Both the position numbers and the translations under genes were made by a program. A stretch of DNA of 17,293 bases from positions 79,863 to 97,155 of the forward strand of contig JBHEMM010000001.1 in assembly GCA_046262595.1 (NCBI GenBank), written 5' to 3'. The notes beneath the pieces are model-generated. The model searched no databases. It was not told the origin of the DNA and was given only the letters and a program-made list of their open reading frames with translations. Below are positions 16,936 through 17,293 of the stretch, in pieces; positions within the stretch are counted from its first letter, which is position 1; every line of letters starts with the position of its first letter. Origin of the DNA: Vulcanimicrobiaceae bacterium. GTDB lineage: Bacteria; Vulcanimicrobiota; Vulcanimicrobiia; Vulcanimicrobiales; Vulcanimicrobiaceae.

Positions 16936-16976
16936 GGGCCGGCGATGTCTCCACCATCGCCGGCCCAAATTTCTTC
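16936..16976. terminator. Strong hairpin between the convergent P2 and aldo-keto reductase genes
   Basis: Perfect 12-bp stem GGGCCGGCGATG / CATCGCCGGCCC with a 7-nt loop, followed by AAATTTCTTC. Confidence 0.65.
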
Positions 16977-16981
16977 TGCCC

Positions 16982-17293
16982 CTAACTGACGAACGGTTCG
17001 AACGGCGTGACCGGCTCGAGGATCGCGTTCATGCGTTCGAAGATGTGGCGATCCACCTCCATGTCCCCCGCAGCCGCGTTGTCGTCCACATGGGCGGCTT
17101 TCGTCGCACCGACGATCACGCTGGTCACCGCAGGCTGACGCAAACACCACGCCAAGGCGAGCTGCGCCGGCGTGCACCCGGCCTCTTCGGCAAGCGGCTT
17201 TATGCGCGCGACCGCGTCGAGCACGTCTTGGGTGAAGTAGTCTTCCATCATTTCGCGCCCGGAACTCGCCGCGCGCGTGCCCGCGGGCGGATG
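16982..17293 (-). CDS. Aldo/keto reductase, C-terminal part (5' end outside the window)
   Basis: PAGTRAA...LAEEAGCTPAQLALAWCLRQPAVTSVIVGATK...DN is the typical AKR C-terminal signature. The frame is open to the window edge. Confidence 0.9.
   Translation of the reverse strand, partial: HPPAGTRAASSGREMMEDYFTQDVLDAVARIKPLAEEAGCTPAQLALAWCLRQPAVTSVIVGATKAAHVDDNAAAGDMEVDRHIFERMNAILEPVTPFEPFVS

Overview
GC-rich (roughly 60-67% in sampled lines) bacterial window from a diderm. The gene families suggest Candidatus Eremiobacterota/Vulcanimicrobiota, but this is inference and not verified. The left part is mostly housekeeping: a 5'-truncated pnp joined at ~120-131 to an unrelated lipoprotein fragment (probable chimeric contig end), an SDR, a GNAT, a muconolactone-isomerase-like protein, and a futalosine-type menaquinone pair (UbiD/MqnL + UbiA/MqnP) coupled to an orphan Tat-exported LivK-like binding protein. 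The right part is an envelope/accessory region: a YtrA-family GntR + ABC exporter operon with a clear promoter and operator, a lower-GC secreted protein, a ~195-nt candidate structured RNA, an M48 pseudo-peptidase-RDD fusion, an AhpD/CMD-like protein with CxxS, a CadC-like wHTH-TM-TPR regulator divergent from a CBM9/DUF5916-like outer-membrane protein, and a partial aldo-keto reductase. The main observation is two small ORFs (9179-9295 minus, 38 aa; 16662-16826 plus, 54 aa; the second is missing from the ORF track and the first appears there only with a longer upstream start). They share the motif E-x-x-R-P-[ST]-[FI]-x-L-Q...F-x-G-W-G-P-K-[LV], conserved through synonymous codon changes, and may define an undescribed peptide signalling/export system.
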